From Octopus sinensis (lineage: Eukaryota): a stretch of DNA of 64,000 nucleotides. The number at the start of each line of letters is the position of its first letter. Position 1 is the first letter of the stretch. This document shows, piece by piece, positions 27,749-40,550 of the stretch. The notes under the pieces were generated by a model. The model was not told where the DNA came from. It saw nothing but the letters and a program-made list of their open reading frames with translations, and did no database searches. The stretch spans positions 48,050,001 through 48,114,000 of the forward strand of contig NC_043006.1 in assembly GCF_006345805.1 (NCBI RefSeq). Reading direction: 5' to 3'. Made by a program: the position numbers and the translations under genes.

Positions 27749-29290
27749 TAATAATAATAATAATGAAATTATTGTATACAGTGCTCAGGTGCATCACAAC
27801 CTGTCAGAAAGTGCGTATAAAGTATATGCAGTAATGTACAAATGTCTGGAAAGCGAACAATGTATGAGTCAGATACATGCTTGTGTGTGTATGGGGGGGG
27901 GAGAAAATCAGGTGTAATGTTGGCGAATCTCAGAAAGCATGGAAGTTTTGAAGGATGCAGTGCTCCGACAACTAACGACTGATGCCGGCAGTTTGTTCCA
28001 TGCTTCAGCAACTCTCAGCGTGAAAAAATATTTCCTAAACTCATGGGAGCTGTGCTGTTTTCTGACTTTGTAAATATGTCCACGGGTGTTAGACGGGTGG
28101 AGTTTGAAACGGTGTTCAGAGTTATTGTTTGTAAGATGGTTAATAATTTTATGGGTGTCTGCCAAGTCAGCTGCCAGACGTCGGAGTTTCAGTGTGTTAG
28201 GGAAGTTAGGCGTTCAGAATATGGCAAATGCCTGATGGAGGGTATTCTTTTGGTTGCACGTCGCTGAACGGCTTCCAGAGGATTAATATCCTGGGCAAGA
28301 TAGGGGTTCCAGACCGGTGATGCAAATTCCAGGTGAGGTCTTACCATAGCTATATAAAGCCGCAGATAGTTAGCCGGAGAGCAGCTCACAAAGGACTTGG
28401 TGAGTAATGTCAAGACACCCTCAGCCTTCTTGGCAATTTTAGCGATGTGTTTTGTCCAACGCAAATTGCTGTCGACAATAACACCCAGGTCACGTTCACA
28501 CGAAGACGTTTTGAGATTAGTGTTGTGGAGGGAGTAAGTGGACGCTGGGTTTCTCCTCCCAAAATGCATGGTGGTACATTTGTCCACAGCCAGCTTGAGT
28601 TGCCAGTCCATGATCCACAGCTGCCTTGTGTCCAGGCCTGCTTGCAATAGAGATCTAAAATGTACAAGATCTGACTTCTTTATTTCGAGGTACAGCTTGA
28701 TGTCATCTGCATATTTCAGCATTGTGGCATTCTTTAGGTTGGCATCTATGTTATTAACATATGCAACAAATAAAAGGGCGCCAAGAACAAATCCCTGTGG
28801 TACACCTGATGTCATCTCATAGGGTGAAGAGTGCTGTCCTAGAACTGTGACAACCTCTTTTCGGCCGAAAATAAAGGACGTCAAGCAGTTATGGAGTTCG
28901 TTTCTTACGCCCAACGCAGAGAGTTTCACCATAAGTCTTTTGTGTGGCACAGAGTTAAAAGCCTTAGCAAAGTCCAGTGATTTGGGTAATGTCCTCAAGA
29001 CACTCGATGAGTTGATTACGGCAGCTGGGGTTAGGAATAAATCCAAATTGTGACGGCTGGATGAGGCTGTGAGACTTCCAGAAGTTCCAGAGGGTTTCCC
29101 TGACGCAGGATTCCATCAGTTTGGCGATGCAGCTAGTAATATTAACGGGGCGATAGTTGACAGGCGATGTGCGGTCACCTTTTTTGAACAGACGGATAAC
29201 ACTGGCAGTTTTCCACTGCTCTGGAGTAACACCATTGTCAAGACAGTATATAGCAATATATGTTCTGATTTTGAATATCACCGAGGTCAG
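27749..29290 (-). mobile_element. 5'-truncated CR1-like LINE (frameshifted RT plus 3' end)
   Basis: WKTASVIRLFKKGDR..NYRPV, LDFAKAFNSVPH, SGVPQGFVLG, KYADDIKL, RPHLEFASPVWNP and FFTLRVAEAWNKLP. (ATT)n tail at ~27749-27763. Confidence 0.9.
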
Positions 29291-29364
29291 ATATGAGTCT
29301 TTGATTTTACTACTAGATGGCCACGTTCCGTCAAAAAATAACGGCTAATTGTAATATTTTATAA

Positions 29365-29790
29365 GGAGTAGGAGTAGCTGTGTGGTAAGTAGCTTGCTTA
29401 CCAACCACATAGTTCTGGGTTCAGTCCCACTGCATGGCACCTTGGGTAAGTGTCTTCTACTAAAGCCTCGGGCAAACCAAAGACTTTTGAGTGGAGTTGG
29501 TAGACGGAAACTGAAAGAATCCCGTCGTATATATATATATATATGCGTGAGTGTGTTTGTGTGTGTGTGTCTGTGTGTATGTTTGTGTGTCTGTGTTTGT
29601 ACCCCCAACATCGCTTGACAACCGATGCTGGTGTGTTTTCGGCTTCGTAACTAAGCGATTCGGCAAAAGCGACCGATAAAATAAGTCCTAGGTTTACAAA
29701 GAATAAGTCCTGGGGTCGATTTGCTCGACTAAAGGCGGTGCTGCAGCATGGCCACAGTCAAATGACTGAAACAAGTAAAAGAGTAAGTAA
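29365..29790 (+). mobile_element. SINE family B, full length
   Basis: tRNA-like head, internal (TA)(TG) tract, 3' half and AAGAGT tail. Confidence 0.9.
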
Positions 29791-30456
29791 GGTACAAAAT
29801 AAGGTACATAATAATCACAGATACAAACGTTCACATACTTCCCTTGTACACGCACACACATACACACACATATACACACATACACAGTTGAAACGCTGTT
29901 TGATTTTCCTTTTCAGCGTTGAATGTTCACCATCTCAATTCCATTGCACACACAACACACACACCTCCATTTTACATACACACACACACACACTTATACT
30001 CACACAGAGTTGAAACGCTGTTTGATTTTTCTTCACTTTAATATTTCCATCATCTTACTATCACTTTGCCATCACCCCTTCCTTCCTTACTCATTTGTCA
30101 CCCCTTCCTTTCTCATTCATATATGCTGCGACGGAGAAAAACACTAGAGTATTATTATAGTAGATGGTCTATAACACAAGAATGTATGACGTAATGGGGG
30201 AGATATAATCGACGATACACATACTCGCAAGCTGTAGTACTCTGATGATTTGAGAACATATTGCGAATACAATGCTGTACGTGTACACATGATGGCCAGA
30301 GAGAATGTCCTAACTTCATGCCTTTGTTAGAAAGTATAATTTGCCACATTTGATCTGGTTCTATATGTTGTGAGTTCAGATCCGCCGAAGTTGACTGTGT
30401 CTGTTATTATTTCGGTGTTGGTAAAATAATCAACAGTTGAGCACTGTGATCGATGA

Positions 30457-30521
<65 letters not shown>

Positions 30522-30559
30522 AATAATAATACTTAGCTGAATTTCGTCCGACATTACGT

Positions 30560-31255
30560 TCTCAGTTTAAAATCCGTCTAGATCCACTTCGGGGTCGAGA
30601 AAGTAAGTACCAGGCAAGTACTGGGGGTCGATGTAATTGGCTATCTCTCTCCTCACAAATTGCTGGCCTTTTGCCTATAGTAGAAAAGATTATTATTGTT
30701 GTTGTTAAAGCAGCGAGCCATCAGAATCGTTAGCACGCTGGACTTAATGCTTAGCGGTATTTCGTCTGCCGTTACGTTCTGAGTTCAAATTTGCCTTTCA
30801 TCCTTTCGGAGTCGATAAATTAAGCACCATTTACGCACTGAGGTCGATATAATCGACTTAATCCCTTTGTCTGTCCTTGTTTGTCCTCTCTGTGTTTAGC
30901 CCCTTGTGGGTAGTAAAGAAATAGGTATTTCACCCGTCGCTATGTTCTGAGTTCAAATTCCGCCGAGGTCATCTTTGCCTTTCATAATACCGGTGTGGGG
31001 GGGGGGCAAATTAAGTACCACTAAAATACTGGGGTCGATGTAAAGGGACTAGTCACCTCCTCACGAATCTCAGGCCTTGTGCTTTTAGTAAAAAGAATTA
31101 ATATTATTGTTCTTGTTCCGCCGCAGTCCACTTTTTTTACGTCCTTTAGGCGTCGATAAATTAAGTACCAGAGAAACACTGGAGTCGATGTAATTGACTG
31201 GTCACCTCCCACAAAATTTCAGGCATTGTTTCTTTAGTGGGAAGGAACATTATTG
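30560..31255 (+). mobile_element. Cluster of family A SINE units
   Basis: Repeated GTTCTGAGTTCAAAT / AAGTACC..CTGGGGTCGAT modules. Dimer junction at ~30920. Confidence 0.8.
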
Positions 31256-32970
31256 TTGTTGTTGTTGTTTACTTATTATGTAGCATCTGTGTAACATACT
31301 GGTTTTCTATTTCTCGTCTTCAAAAACGTAAAATTTGAACTAAAATGCCTTATTCATCAACACATTTCTAGAAATTTCATCTGTTTCTTTGTCTATTCTT
31401 GCCCTAACCTTTTCGGTTATTACAAGTATCTATCTACAATTAAATATACTGATGCAACTTCAAATTTGCTTCTCTTTTTCTTAATAATCTTGATATTTCA
31501 ACTTTTTTTTGTTTTTTTGTAGTATTTTGAGTTCTCTCCCTTTTCATCTGCATCGCTTTGCCTGAAGAAATTGCAACGTCTCTTATAAGGTACATCTATC
31601 CATATTTATCACTGGTATATTCCACACTGATGTTGGATAAATCAGTACTCTACCGACAGTTTCCTGTAATTTTCATCACGAACTGTTCTAGGATAACACG
31701 GATCGGCGATCAGTGAATATCTCTTTGGACCCTAATAGCTGGTCCTAGCGGCTTTCTACAATATATCTTGGAGTAACTATGTTCTATATTTCCCCCTAGT
31801 ACCTTTATGAATTGGAAATTCTTACGCCGTAGTCGACATTCTATCTGAATTAACAATTTTCAACCAACTTCTATATGATGTATAGTCACAATTAGCTAAT
31901 TCCACCGGTGGTATTTATTTATTGAAGGGGGTGCATAAATTACCTTATTCCTTGGTTAGCATCTTGTACTTGATTTTAAATATCTAATAATCAACTCTCC
32001 TTCTTGCTTTAAACTCTACACCGAAGTCACTGCTATGAGGAACCATTTCATTCAACGCTTCCTTTCTTTCACAAATTAACCGTCTTCAATATATACATTC
32101 TTCTGTTCAAGTTCAATATCGGGAATTCTTTATTCTTTTTTTATTACAGAATATTTAGGTAGCCATCCTCTTTTTGTGCACAGTGTTTCACAGATCCTTG
32201 CTCTCCATCTATACAATCATAAATGCTAATAAGTGCCCTGTCCCTCTAGTCTTCCATAATTCCTTCAGATGTAGCTCTACGTTTATAGCTAAAATTCTCT
32301 CGCTTTTCTATCTCACGCATCTATTTCATCTTCCATTCGATTCATTATTTACCATTTTATAATGCATGACGTCATCCACTCTCGTGTTTACTGCATTTAT
32401 CAATTTCTTTTAAGTTTTGACTTCAATGGCTGTTTTAATCCTTTCGTGCATGTTGTCTTCGATTTTTCTTTCATTTCCTTTTTGCAAGATGTCATGAAGT
32501 CCTGCATGTCTACGCATATGCAACCGTAGTCAACAGGTTCTAAAATCTGATCCTTCCGATAAAACTATTCCGTTAAAATTGGGGATCTTTTCTCTCTCTC
32601 TTTCTTTCTCACTAAATTTGCACATTTTGATACACATCACACTCCATACATGTATTGTTTTAACAAATGAATTAGCTACTTTCTCCAGTTTGGTGAATAT
32701 GTTTAAGTCAACCATGAAAAAATATTCGATTTAGGGAAGTTGTTTTTCTCCCTTTCATGCAGCCCAATTTCAGTTTTCTAAGTGGAATTTCGTTAGGATT
32801 AAGCATGATAAAACAAATGAAAGAACAGGAGAAAATGAATTTCCCTCTTTAACCGGTTTTGTTTTTATTAGGCCGTTATTTACATCGAAACGAATTTTAT
32901 TGAATGTTAGTTGTTTTGTTATCATTGTGTTATTTGTTTTGAGATTTTGATTTATTATGTACATTTTGTT

Positions 32971-33358
32971 GCGTAGGAGTGGTTGTGTGGTAAGTAGCTT
33001 GCTTACCAACCACATGGTTCCGGGTTCAGTCCTACTGCGTGGCACCTTGGGCAGGTGTTTTCTACTATCGCCTCGGGCCGACCAAAGCCTTATGAGTGGA
33101 TTTGGCAGACAGAAACTGAAAGAAGCCCGTCGTATATATTATATATTTTTGTATGTCTGTGTTTGTACCTCCAACATCGCTTGACAACCGATGCTGGTGT
33201 GTTTAATTCCCCGTAACTTAGCGGTTCGGCAAAAGACACCGATAGAATAAGTACTAGGCTTACAAAGAATAAGTCCTGGGGTCGATTTTCTCGAATAAAG
33301 GCGGTGCTCCAGCATGGCCGCAGTCAAATGACTGAAACAAGTAAAAGAGTAAAGAGTA
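32971..33358 (+). mobile_element. SINE family B, full length
   Basis: Same architecture as the 29365 copy. Confidence 0.9.
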
Positions 33359-33940
33359 AACCAACCAGGACCCCAAGGGGCTGGTTGCTTTCTTGGCTTT
33401 TAGATCTGAAAGTTAAAATGTTTACATATATATTTAGTTAGTTAGCTATTATTTCGTTCGTTTCTTAATCAGTAAGCGATGTAATTTGTTAGTTAATCAG
33501 TTTTTATTTATTTAGAAGATATCATGTATGCGTATAACGCAGCCACTAGGAAAGCAGGGAAATGATTTTAAGGACCAAATATGTTTTGCCATGGCGAATC
33601 TTTCACAAGTGGCGAATTCCATCATACCACGATACAACCGCGGTGAGCTGTAACTACAACAGAAACGACAACAGCAAAAACCTACGGAAATATACTTATT
33701 AACATCAACAACATGTACTGTTTCAACGGCAATACAAACATTGCCACCGCCAGCCCCACTGAAAGTGAACCACTTCTTACTGCGGCAAGCGAGATTCATC
33801 CGCATTACCATTGTGGCAAAAGACAACAACCACACCATAATAATCACTGTCGCTGCTGCCACTTTAATAGACAGCATAACATCAGCGCTGTTCAAGCAAC
33901 AGAGTGCATCATAGCGGTGCGGTCTGCGGCAAATGGATGG

Positions 33941-34355
33941 AAGGGCAAACTGGCGGCAACGTAAGCACGCCGGGCGAAATACTTAGCAGTATTTCGTCGG
34001 CCGTTACGTTCTGAGTTCAAATTCCGCCACGATCGACTTTGCCTTTCATCCTTTCGGGGTCGATAAATTAAGTACCAGTTACGCACTGGGGTCGATATAA
34101 TCGACTTAATACCTATGTCTGTCGTTGTTTGTCCTCGCTGTGTTTATCCCCTTGTGGGTAGTAAAGAAATAGGTATTTCGTCTGCCGTTACGTTCTGAGT
34201 TCAAATTCCATCGAGATTGACTTTGCCTTTCATCTTTTCGGAGTCGATAAATTAAGTACCAGTTACGCACTGGGGTCGATTTAATCGGCTTAATCCTTTT
34301 GTCTGTCCTTGTTTGTCCCATCTATGTTTAGCTCCTTGTGGGCAATAAAAAAAAA
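33941..34355 (+). mobile_element. SINE family A, dimeric
   Basis: Head, body, tail, then re-entry at AAAGAAATAG|GTATTTCGTCTGCCG. Confidence 0.9.
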
Positions 34356-35054
34356 TAAGGATGGAAGAGTTCTCTATAGCAAGAAATCGTGGGCAAAAAC
34401 AAAAATAAATCTCCTCCATGAGTATAGCTGTGCCACTGGATGTAATATGTCATAATATACCCCGTTATATAAGCGTCATATTCAGTTTTGGGAGGCTGAT
34501 ACATTAAGGGATGCCTGAAGAAAGCATTGATGTTTAAAAAAAAGGCTTCATCTCTAGTGGAAGAATATTTCGAACTGTAAAACTAAAATTTTCTGTTAGA
34601 GAGTTGAAGCGTTACTCAATCAGCCCATGTACATCGTGGAGTATGTCCTCAATTTACTTTACAAAGGTTTGTGTGTAATGAAATAAACGTGCTGCATATA
34701 ACCTACAGAAAAAAATATGACGGTTGCTGCTGCTGCTGCTGGTCATCCCAAGGGGCAAGGGAGACATTCCAATTCGTAACTAACACCAGCAGAGATGGTC
34801 GCGGAATCGAATAGAAATCCTGGTACAAGCATTAGGAAAATTTGGAGAGAATCACCGGACCGATCGACCTCCAAAATAGTGCGTAGCTACTTGTGACAAT
34901 GGAGAACAAAGGGTCCGATATCCCTTAAGCAGCACAACGACCACTTTAATGCTACATGCCAAAGGCAGGAAGCATGAATATGCAAACTAGCGTTTTTGCT
35001 AACGCTAGACCCACAGTAACAACAACAGCACCAATAACAGCAGTAATAATCCTT

Positions 35055-35262
35055 TCTACTAAAGGCACAAGGCCAGAAATTTGTGGGAAGGGGACAGTCG
35101 ATTGCATCGAACCCAGTGCTTCACAGGTACTTAATTATTCGATCCCGAAAAGATAACAGGCGAAGTTCACCCCGGCGGAATTTGATCTCAGAACATAGCG
35201 ATGGGTGAAATATCGCTAAGCACTTCCCGTGGCGTGTTAACGATTCCGCCAGTTCACCGCCT
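35055..35262 (-). mobile_element. SINE family A, older subfamily
   Basis: Diverged head, with the alternative tail ...CCCACAAATTTCTGGCCTTGTGCC. Confidence 0.75.
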
Positions 35263-35329
35263 TAATAACAGAGCTAATAATAGCCAGAATAGGAATAGTA
35301 GCAGCAATAAGTGCAACAACAGCGCTGGT

Positions 35330-35520
35330 GGAGGCGTAGTGGCCCAGTGGTTAGGCAGCGGACTCGCAGTCGTAAGGACGCGGCTTCGATTCCCAGACCG
35401 GGCACTGTGAGTTTTTATTCAGCAAAAACACTTAAGCTCCACGAGGCTCCGACGTGGGTGGTGAACCACGCTGCACTCTTTCACCACAGCTTTCTCTCAC
35501 TCTTTCTTCCTACTTCTGCC
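35330..35520 (+). mobile_element. SINE family C, 3'-truncated
   Basis: GGAGGCGTAGTGGCCCAGTGGTTAGG...TTCGATTCCCAGACCGGGC. Confidence 0.8.
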
Positions 35521-35811
35521 ACAAAGCAGAGGAACCATTGTGTAACCCACTATGGTGTGGTAAACTTTCAGACCCTAATCTAGATTGCGAATCCTCAGTA
35601 CCCTAGGATGGTTCAGCTCTCCATGCGTTAAAAGCCACCCTTTATGGAATGAGGATAACAACGCAGCTTTCGCGCCCGTGCAACCGCCAGTCTATCGCGT
35701 GTGGAGGGTGGATCTTCAAGTTGCCACGCGCATTCTTAGTAGCTTAGAGTAGGCTCGAACTAGAGATTATTCTTTGTGGCTAATGAAGTGAGTCCTGATT
35801 AGAAGAAGTAG

Positions 35812-36105
35812 ACAGCAGTAGTAGTGGTAGTGATGGTGGTGATCGTGGTGGTGGTGGTGGTGGTGGTGTTAGTAGTAGTAGTGGTAGTAGTAGTAGTAGC
35901 AGCAGCAGCAATAGTAGTAATAGTAATAGTAGTAGTAGTAGTAGTAGATGTGGTTGTGGTGGCGGAGATTGTGGTGGTGGTAGTAGTAGTAGTAGTAGCA
36001 GCAGCAATAGTAGTAGTGGTAGAAATAGTAGTAGTAGTAGTGGCAGTGGCAGTAGTGTTAGCAGCGGAGACAAATGTAACAGCAGCGGCAGCAGTAGCGA
36101 TAATA
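35812..36105. repeat. Compound (GTA)/(GTG)/(GCA) trinucleotide repeat
   Basis: Directly visible. It is the source of the poly-V and poly-L ORFs. Confidence 0.9.
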
Positions 36106-37161
36106 GTGAATTTGAAAAAGAGAGACCTTCCTCAGTAAAATAAAATAAAATGAAAAAAAAAAAACGAATTAAAATAAAATAGAAAAAAATCTCCTGTGAA
36201 TGTCATCGCTAAAAACATTCATCTTCTGTTCCTTATGTAACGTATCCTTTTGTTTATCATCATATTTCTCATTCATACAAAATGGGACCGGTTTCAATTG
36301 AAAAGGCAACGGTGAAAAAGAAAAAGAAAAGACAAAGAAACAAAGTGAAACAACACAAAAAATAATAATAAAAAAAAACCCACCGGTTTTTCAAAAATAA
36401 ATAGACAGACGGCAGCAGTTATAAACGAGACGTATGTAGAATCAATTCAATTTGATAATAATTATATTAGCCAGTCTTCCAAGGAGCGCCCTTTCAACAA
36501 ATGGAGCTGTGATTCTGTGTTTTGTCTTATGGCCTTCAGCTGCAGATTGTACAATATTTCATATGGAAACATTTTTGTTTTTTTCGTCTTCACATTTTGT
36601 TTTCTATATTTCATTTTACCATGTGTATGTTTTGATTTCGATTTTTGTTCTTATGTTTTTTTGGGGTTTTTTTTTTTGCGTTGCTCCCCAACCTTTCTCT
36701 GTAGAGTTATAACTGGTTCTTCTTATTTCGGTGTGTTGCTTGTGTATAAAGCACCTGTGTTACAATCCTTCGTCTACTACCTGCTGTTACAGGAAATACC
36801 ATTGGAAAGACTAGCAACCGTTCCTTTATGTTATATTTATATTTTTTATTATTTTTATTCACGAAAACAACATAATCGTATTTACATATTTCTATGAATG
36901 AGTTGGTCATTGTTTTCATAAATAACATCTAAGATGGTCGAGATATTTTGAAAGAAGGATGTAGCTTTTGTGAGACGCATGCCTATACTTTGCAGAATGA
37001 ATCAGTTCCTAACTGAACTTACGTACACACACATATTTGTACACTAACACAAGCACATAAAACAAATAGAAACACACACACTCACACAACCACATGCACA
37101 CACATACATGCATATGTGTGAGCATTACAATTTTTTAAGCTAAAAGACTCTAAAAGTTATA

Positions 37162-37510
37162 GGCGTTGGAGTGGCTGTGTGGTAAGTAGCTTCCTTACGA
37201 ACCACATCGTTTCGGGTTCTGTTCCACTGCATGACACCTTGGACCAAAGCCTTGTGAGTGGATTTGGTAGGCGGAAACTGAAAGAATCCCGTCGTATATA
37301 TGTATATATGTATATATTTGTGTGTTTGTGTGCCTGTGTTTGTCACCTCAAAATCGCTTGACAACCGATGCTGGTGAGTTTACGTCCCCGTAAGAATAAG
37401 TACTAGGCTTACAAAGAATACGTCCTGGGGTCGAATTGCTCCACTAAAGGTGGTACTCCAGCATGACCACAGTCACATGACTAAAACAAGTTAAAGATGA
37501 AAGAGTTAAA
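37162..37510 (+). mobile_element. SINE family B with internal deletions
   Basis: Head, shortened central segment and 3' half. Confidence 0.85.
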
Positions 37511-37978
37511 AAGTAAAGGTGGCTTTGGATTTCGTGTATAGCTCACGTCAAAACAAAAATTGTCGGCAAAGGCAACACGCTGAGCTGAAGACGGACATTC
37601 AAGAATAGTTTTAGTCTCAAAATTCAAATATATACGCTGTTAGATGTGTTGTCTACTTTTCTCCAACTTGAACACCGAAATCTCCTCATATATGTATGTG
37701 TGTGGGCGTGTGTCGGTGTGTGCATGAATGTTAGTATGTATATGACATATGATTGTATGCTTATGTATGCATGTGTTCAGCTATGCGTATTTAATCTCTC
37801 ATGTCTCAAGGACGAAGGAGAAATGTTTTTCTCTCTCTCCACAAGGAAGGATAGTCTGAAATATCATAAATTTCTGTCACAAATGGCATAGGAACATAAG
37901 AAACCCTCAGCTATACCATAAAAACAATTTTCCATGAAACCGGTCACCGATATTATTCCTGCATTCTATTTACACTCA

Positions 37979-38355
37979 AAGGCGGCGAGCTGGCAGAAAC
38001 GTTAGCACGCCGGGTGAAATGCGTAGCCGTATTTCGTCTGCCGTTACGTTCTGAGTTCAAATTCCGCCGAGGTCGACTTTGCCTTTCATCCTTTCGGGGT
38101 CGATAAATTGAGTACCAGTTACGCACTGGGGTCGATGTAATCGACTTAATCCGTTTGTCTGTCCTTGTTTGTCCCTTCTGTGTTTAGCCCCTTCTGGGTA
38201 GTAAAGAAATAGGTATTTCGTCTGTCTTTACGTTCCGAGTTCAAATTCGGCCGAAGTCGACTTTGCCTTTTATCCTTTCGGGATCGAGAAATTAAGTGCT
38301 AGTTGCGCACTGGGGTCGATATAATCGACTGGCTCCTCCCGAAAAGTTTCGGGCT
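37979..38355 (+). mobile_element. SINE family A, dimeric
   Basis: AAGGCGGCGAGCTGGCAGAAACG head. Same dimer junction at ~38212. Confidence 0.9.
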
Positions 38356-38393
38356 TCTATTTACACACACACATACACACACATAGGTACATA

Positions 38394-38605
38394 TTCCAAG
38401 GGTTGCTGAAATGTTCCGTGCTTTAGTTAAAAGCATAAAGTCAATTAATTATGATTCCATTCAACATATTCTCCCAGATTCAGACACTTACTGTGGCGAT
38501 CCTTCAGTTCTTCTAAGCACAGTAAAAGAACCCGAAAGATTGGGACTCCAGCTAGGCCTTTCATGATACCATTAAAGCCAATAACTTTTCTGCATCCCCT
38601 CCTGT
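38394..38605 (-). mobile_element. Mariner-derived MITE
   Basis: Degenerate TIRs (AGGGTTGCTGAAATGTTCCGTGCTTT versus the reverse complement of AAAGCCAATAACTTTTCTGCATCCCCT). The interior minus strand reads ...RHSKCLNLGEYVE, like a mariner C-terminus. Confidence 0.5.
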
Positions 38606-38621
38606 ATATGTATATGTATAT

Positions 38622-38666
<45 letters not shown>

Positions 38667-39239
38667 GTATATATATATTGTATATACATATGCGTGTATG
38701 TTGTAAGAGCGCATGTTTGGATGTGTATGTACATATATATATATAACATATTTCAGAATGCTCATCTAAATATTTCTAACCGACATTTCCTCTAATCAGT
38801 AATGATTCCATACTTAACCATACACTGTAGAAATTATGAAGAGGAAGTTATGTAGCGTAAAGTAGTTTGGGGCATGAATTAACTATTTAAACGTTGCGAA
38901 ATGGGATGCTGTGAGGCTCTAACTGTGACATATCTTAACATATTTTGATATGATTTACATATTGTCTAGTAAAAGATTTATTTAGTGAAGGTACTAGGAT
39001 GTGATAATGCCACGCCTTACATATTTTTCCTTCGGGAATTAATGGCAGACATATAGTGCAATAGATTTAGCTGATTGATGTAACCGTATAGCTATGTAAA
39101 AAGACTTTACTTCGCACAGTAAGCTGATTACCATATGGTAAACATCCTATCAAGTAAGTACTTACTGTTGGAAAAATGATATTAGTTCATTTGCTTGGCT
39201 AATAAAGGTCAAGTAAAGTATTTTAGTCTAATATGTTAG

Positions 39240-39455
39240 TTTCAAATTTTGGCTTAAGTCCAGCAAGTTTAACGTACGTGGGATTCAGAAGCCGATTACA
39301 TCAACCACAGTTTCTCTCAAATGTTACTTATTTTATCGACACTGAAAAAGATAAAAAGAAATTCGACATCGGCAGAATTTGAACTCAGAACGTAAAGACC
39401 GACTAAATGATACTAAGCATTTTGCTCAGCGTGCTAACGATTCTGCCAGCTCCTG
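39240..39455 (-). mobile_element. SINE family A, diverged
   Basis: GAATTTGAACTCAGAACG...GCTAACGATTCTGCCAGCTC. Confidence 0.75.
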
Positions 39456-39498
39456 TCCCTTTTTTAGTTAAATATATCAACGCCGTCAGAGTCTAAGT

Positions 39499-39834
39499 CA
39501 GTGGTTCTCAACCAGGGATCATTTGTCCCCTGAGGGTCCATATAAGATTTTCGGGTTCCAAAAAACAAACTAGTAAATTGGGGATCCACGGTAGTATTTT
39601 AAGAGCCCTTGAAAAAATTTGGTTTTAGATGTGTGTATTGGCATTTATTGTATGAAACAGCTAGATTTCTTTCCCGCACATTTCACACAGTTCAACCTAC
39701 ACAACTTAATGTGTGAATGCATAAATAAACATTCTATAAAGCTAGATTTTAGTCATCGAATGGTGATGAGGGTCCACCAGAAGAAAATAGCAATCAAAGA
39801 GTTCCATAGATAAAAATATGGTTGAGGACCCCTG
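39499..39834. mobile_element. hAT-superfamily MITE (336 bp)
   Basis: TIRs CAGTGGTTCTCAACC / GGTTGAGGACCCCTG. 8-bp TSD GTCTAAGT / ATCTAAGT (7 of 8 match). Confidence 0.85.
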
Positions 39835-40077
39835 ATCTAAGTAGTTAAATTCTCGACCACCATAGAGCTGAAGTAGCAAAATGACTATGGGACTGCTGCT
39901 TTAAATATTATGGACTGCTCCATTTATGCAATGTTATTATACAGTGGTAGTCCTGTCACAATACTCAGATTATGAACTACATCTAGTCCTTGGCTTGAAG
40001 CCTTGATACAAGAGTTCTTCTTTCTTTCCACCTACAGGCTACGCATACGTTGTCACTGAAAATATTCATTCTAACAG

Positions 40078-40290
40078 GGCGGCGAGCTGGCAGAATCGTT
40101 AGCACGCCGGGCGAAACGCTTAGCGTTTTTTCGTCTGCCTTTACGTTCTGAGTTCAAATTCCGCCAAGGTTGACTTTGGCATTCATTCATTCGGGGTCGA
40201 TTAAATAAATACCAGTTACGCACTGGGGTAGATGTAATCGACTTAATCCGTTTGTCTGTCCGTGTTTGCCCCCTCTATGTTTAGCCCCCA
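40078..40290 (+). mobile_element. SINE family A, monomer
   Basis: Full head and body, ending at TTTAGCCCC. Confidence 0.9.
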
Positions 40291-40519
40291 TTCTAAGCTA
40301 CAGTCTGAAACTGTTTGCAAAACTTTAACCATGCGCCGCCTATTCTCATAATTTTTAAGCTGCGTTGCTAATTTGGTGAAATTGGTAGATAGTAAAGCTT
40401 GCCTTTCTCGAGGAAATTGTTGTTCTGGCTATTTAGGAAATTCTAGTCTATCATAGACTACATAAGGCGGTCAGCCGGAAAAATCCTTACCGTGCCGGAC
40501 AGTAAGGATTCTTTTATAC

Positions 40520-40550
<31 letters not shown>

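Noticed and set aside
31550-32520. Old non-LTR retrotransposon on the minus strand
   Set aside because: Only vague motif echoes (KYKMLTK, HAGLHDIL) with many stops, which is not supportable without a profile search.
33512-33964. ORFs 33512-33895 (-) and 33713-33964 (+)
   Set aside because: Degenerate CAA/CAC-rich low-complexity sequence running into a SINE head, with no domain.
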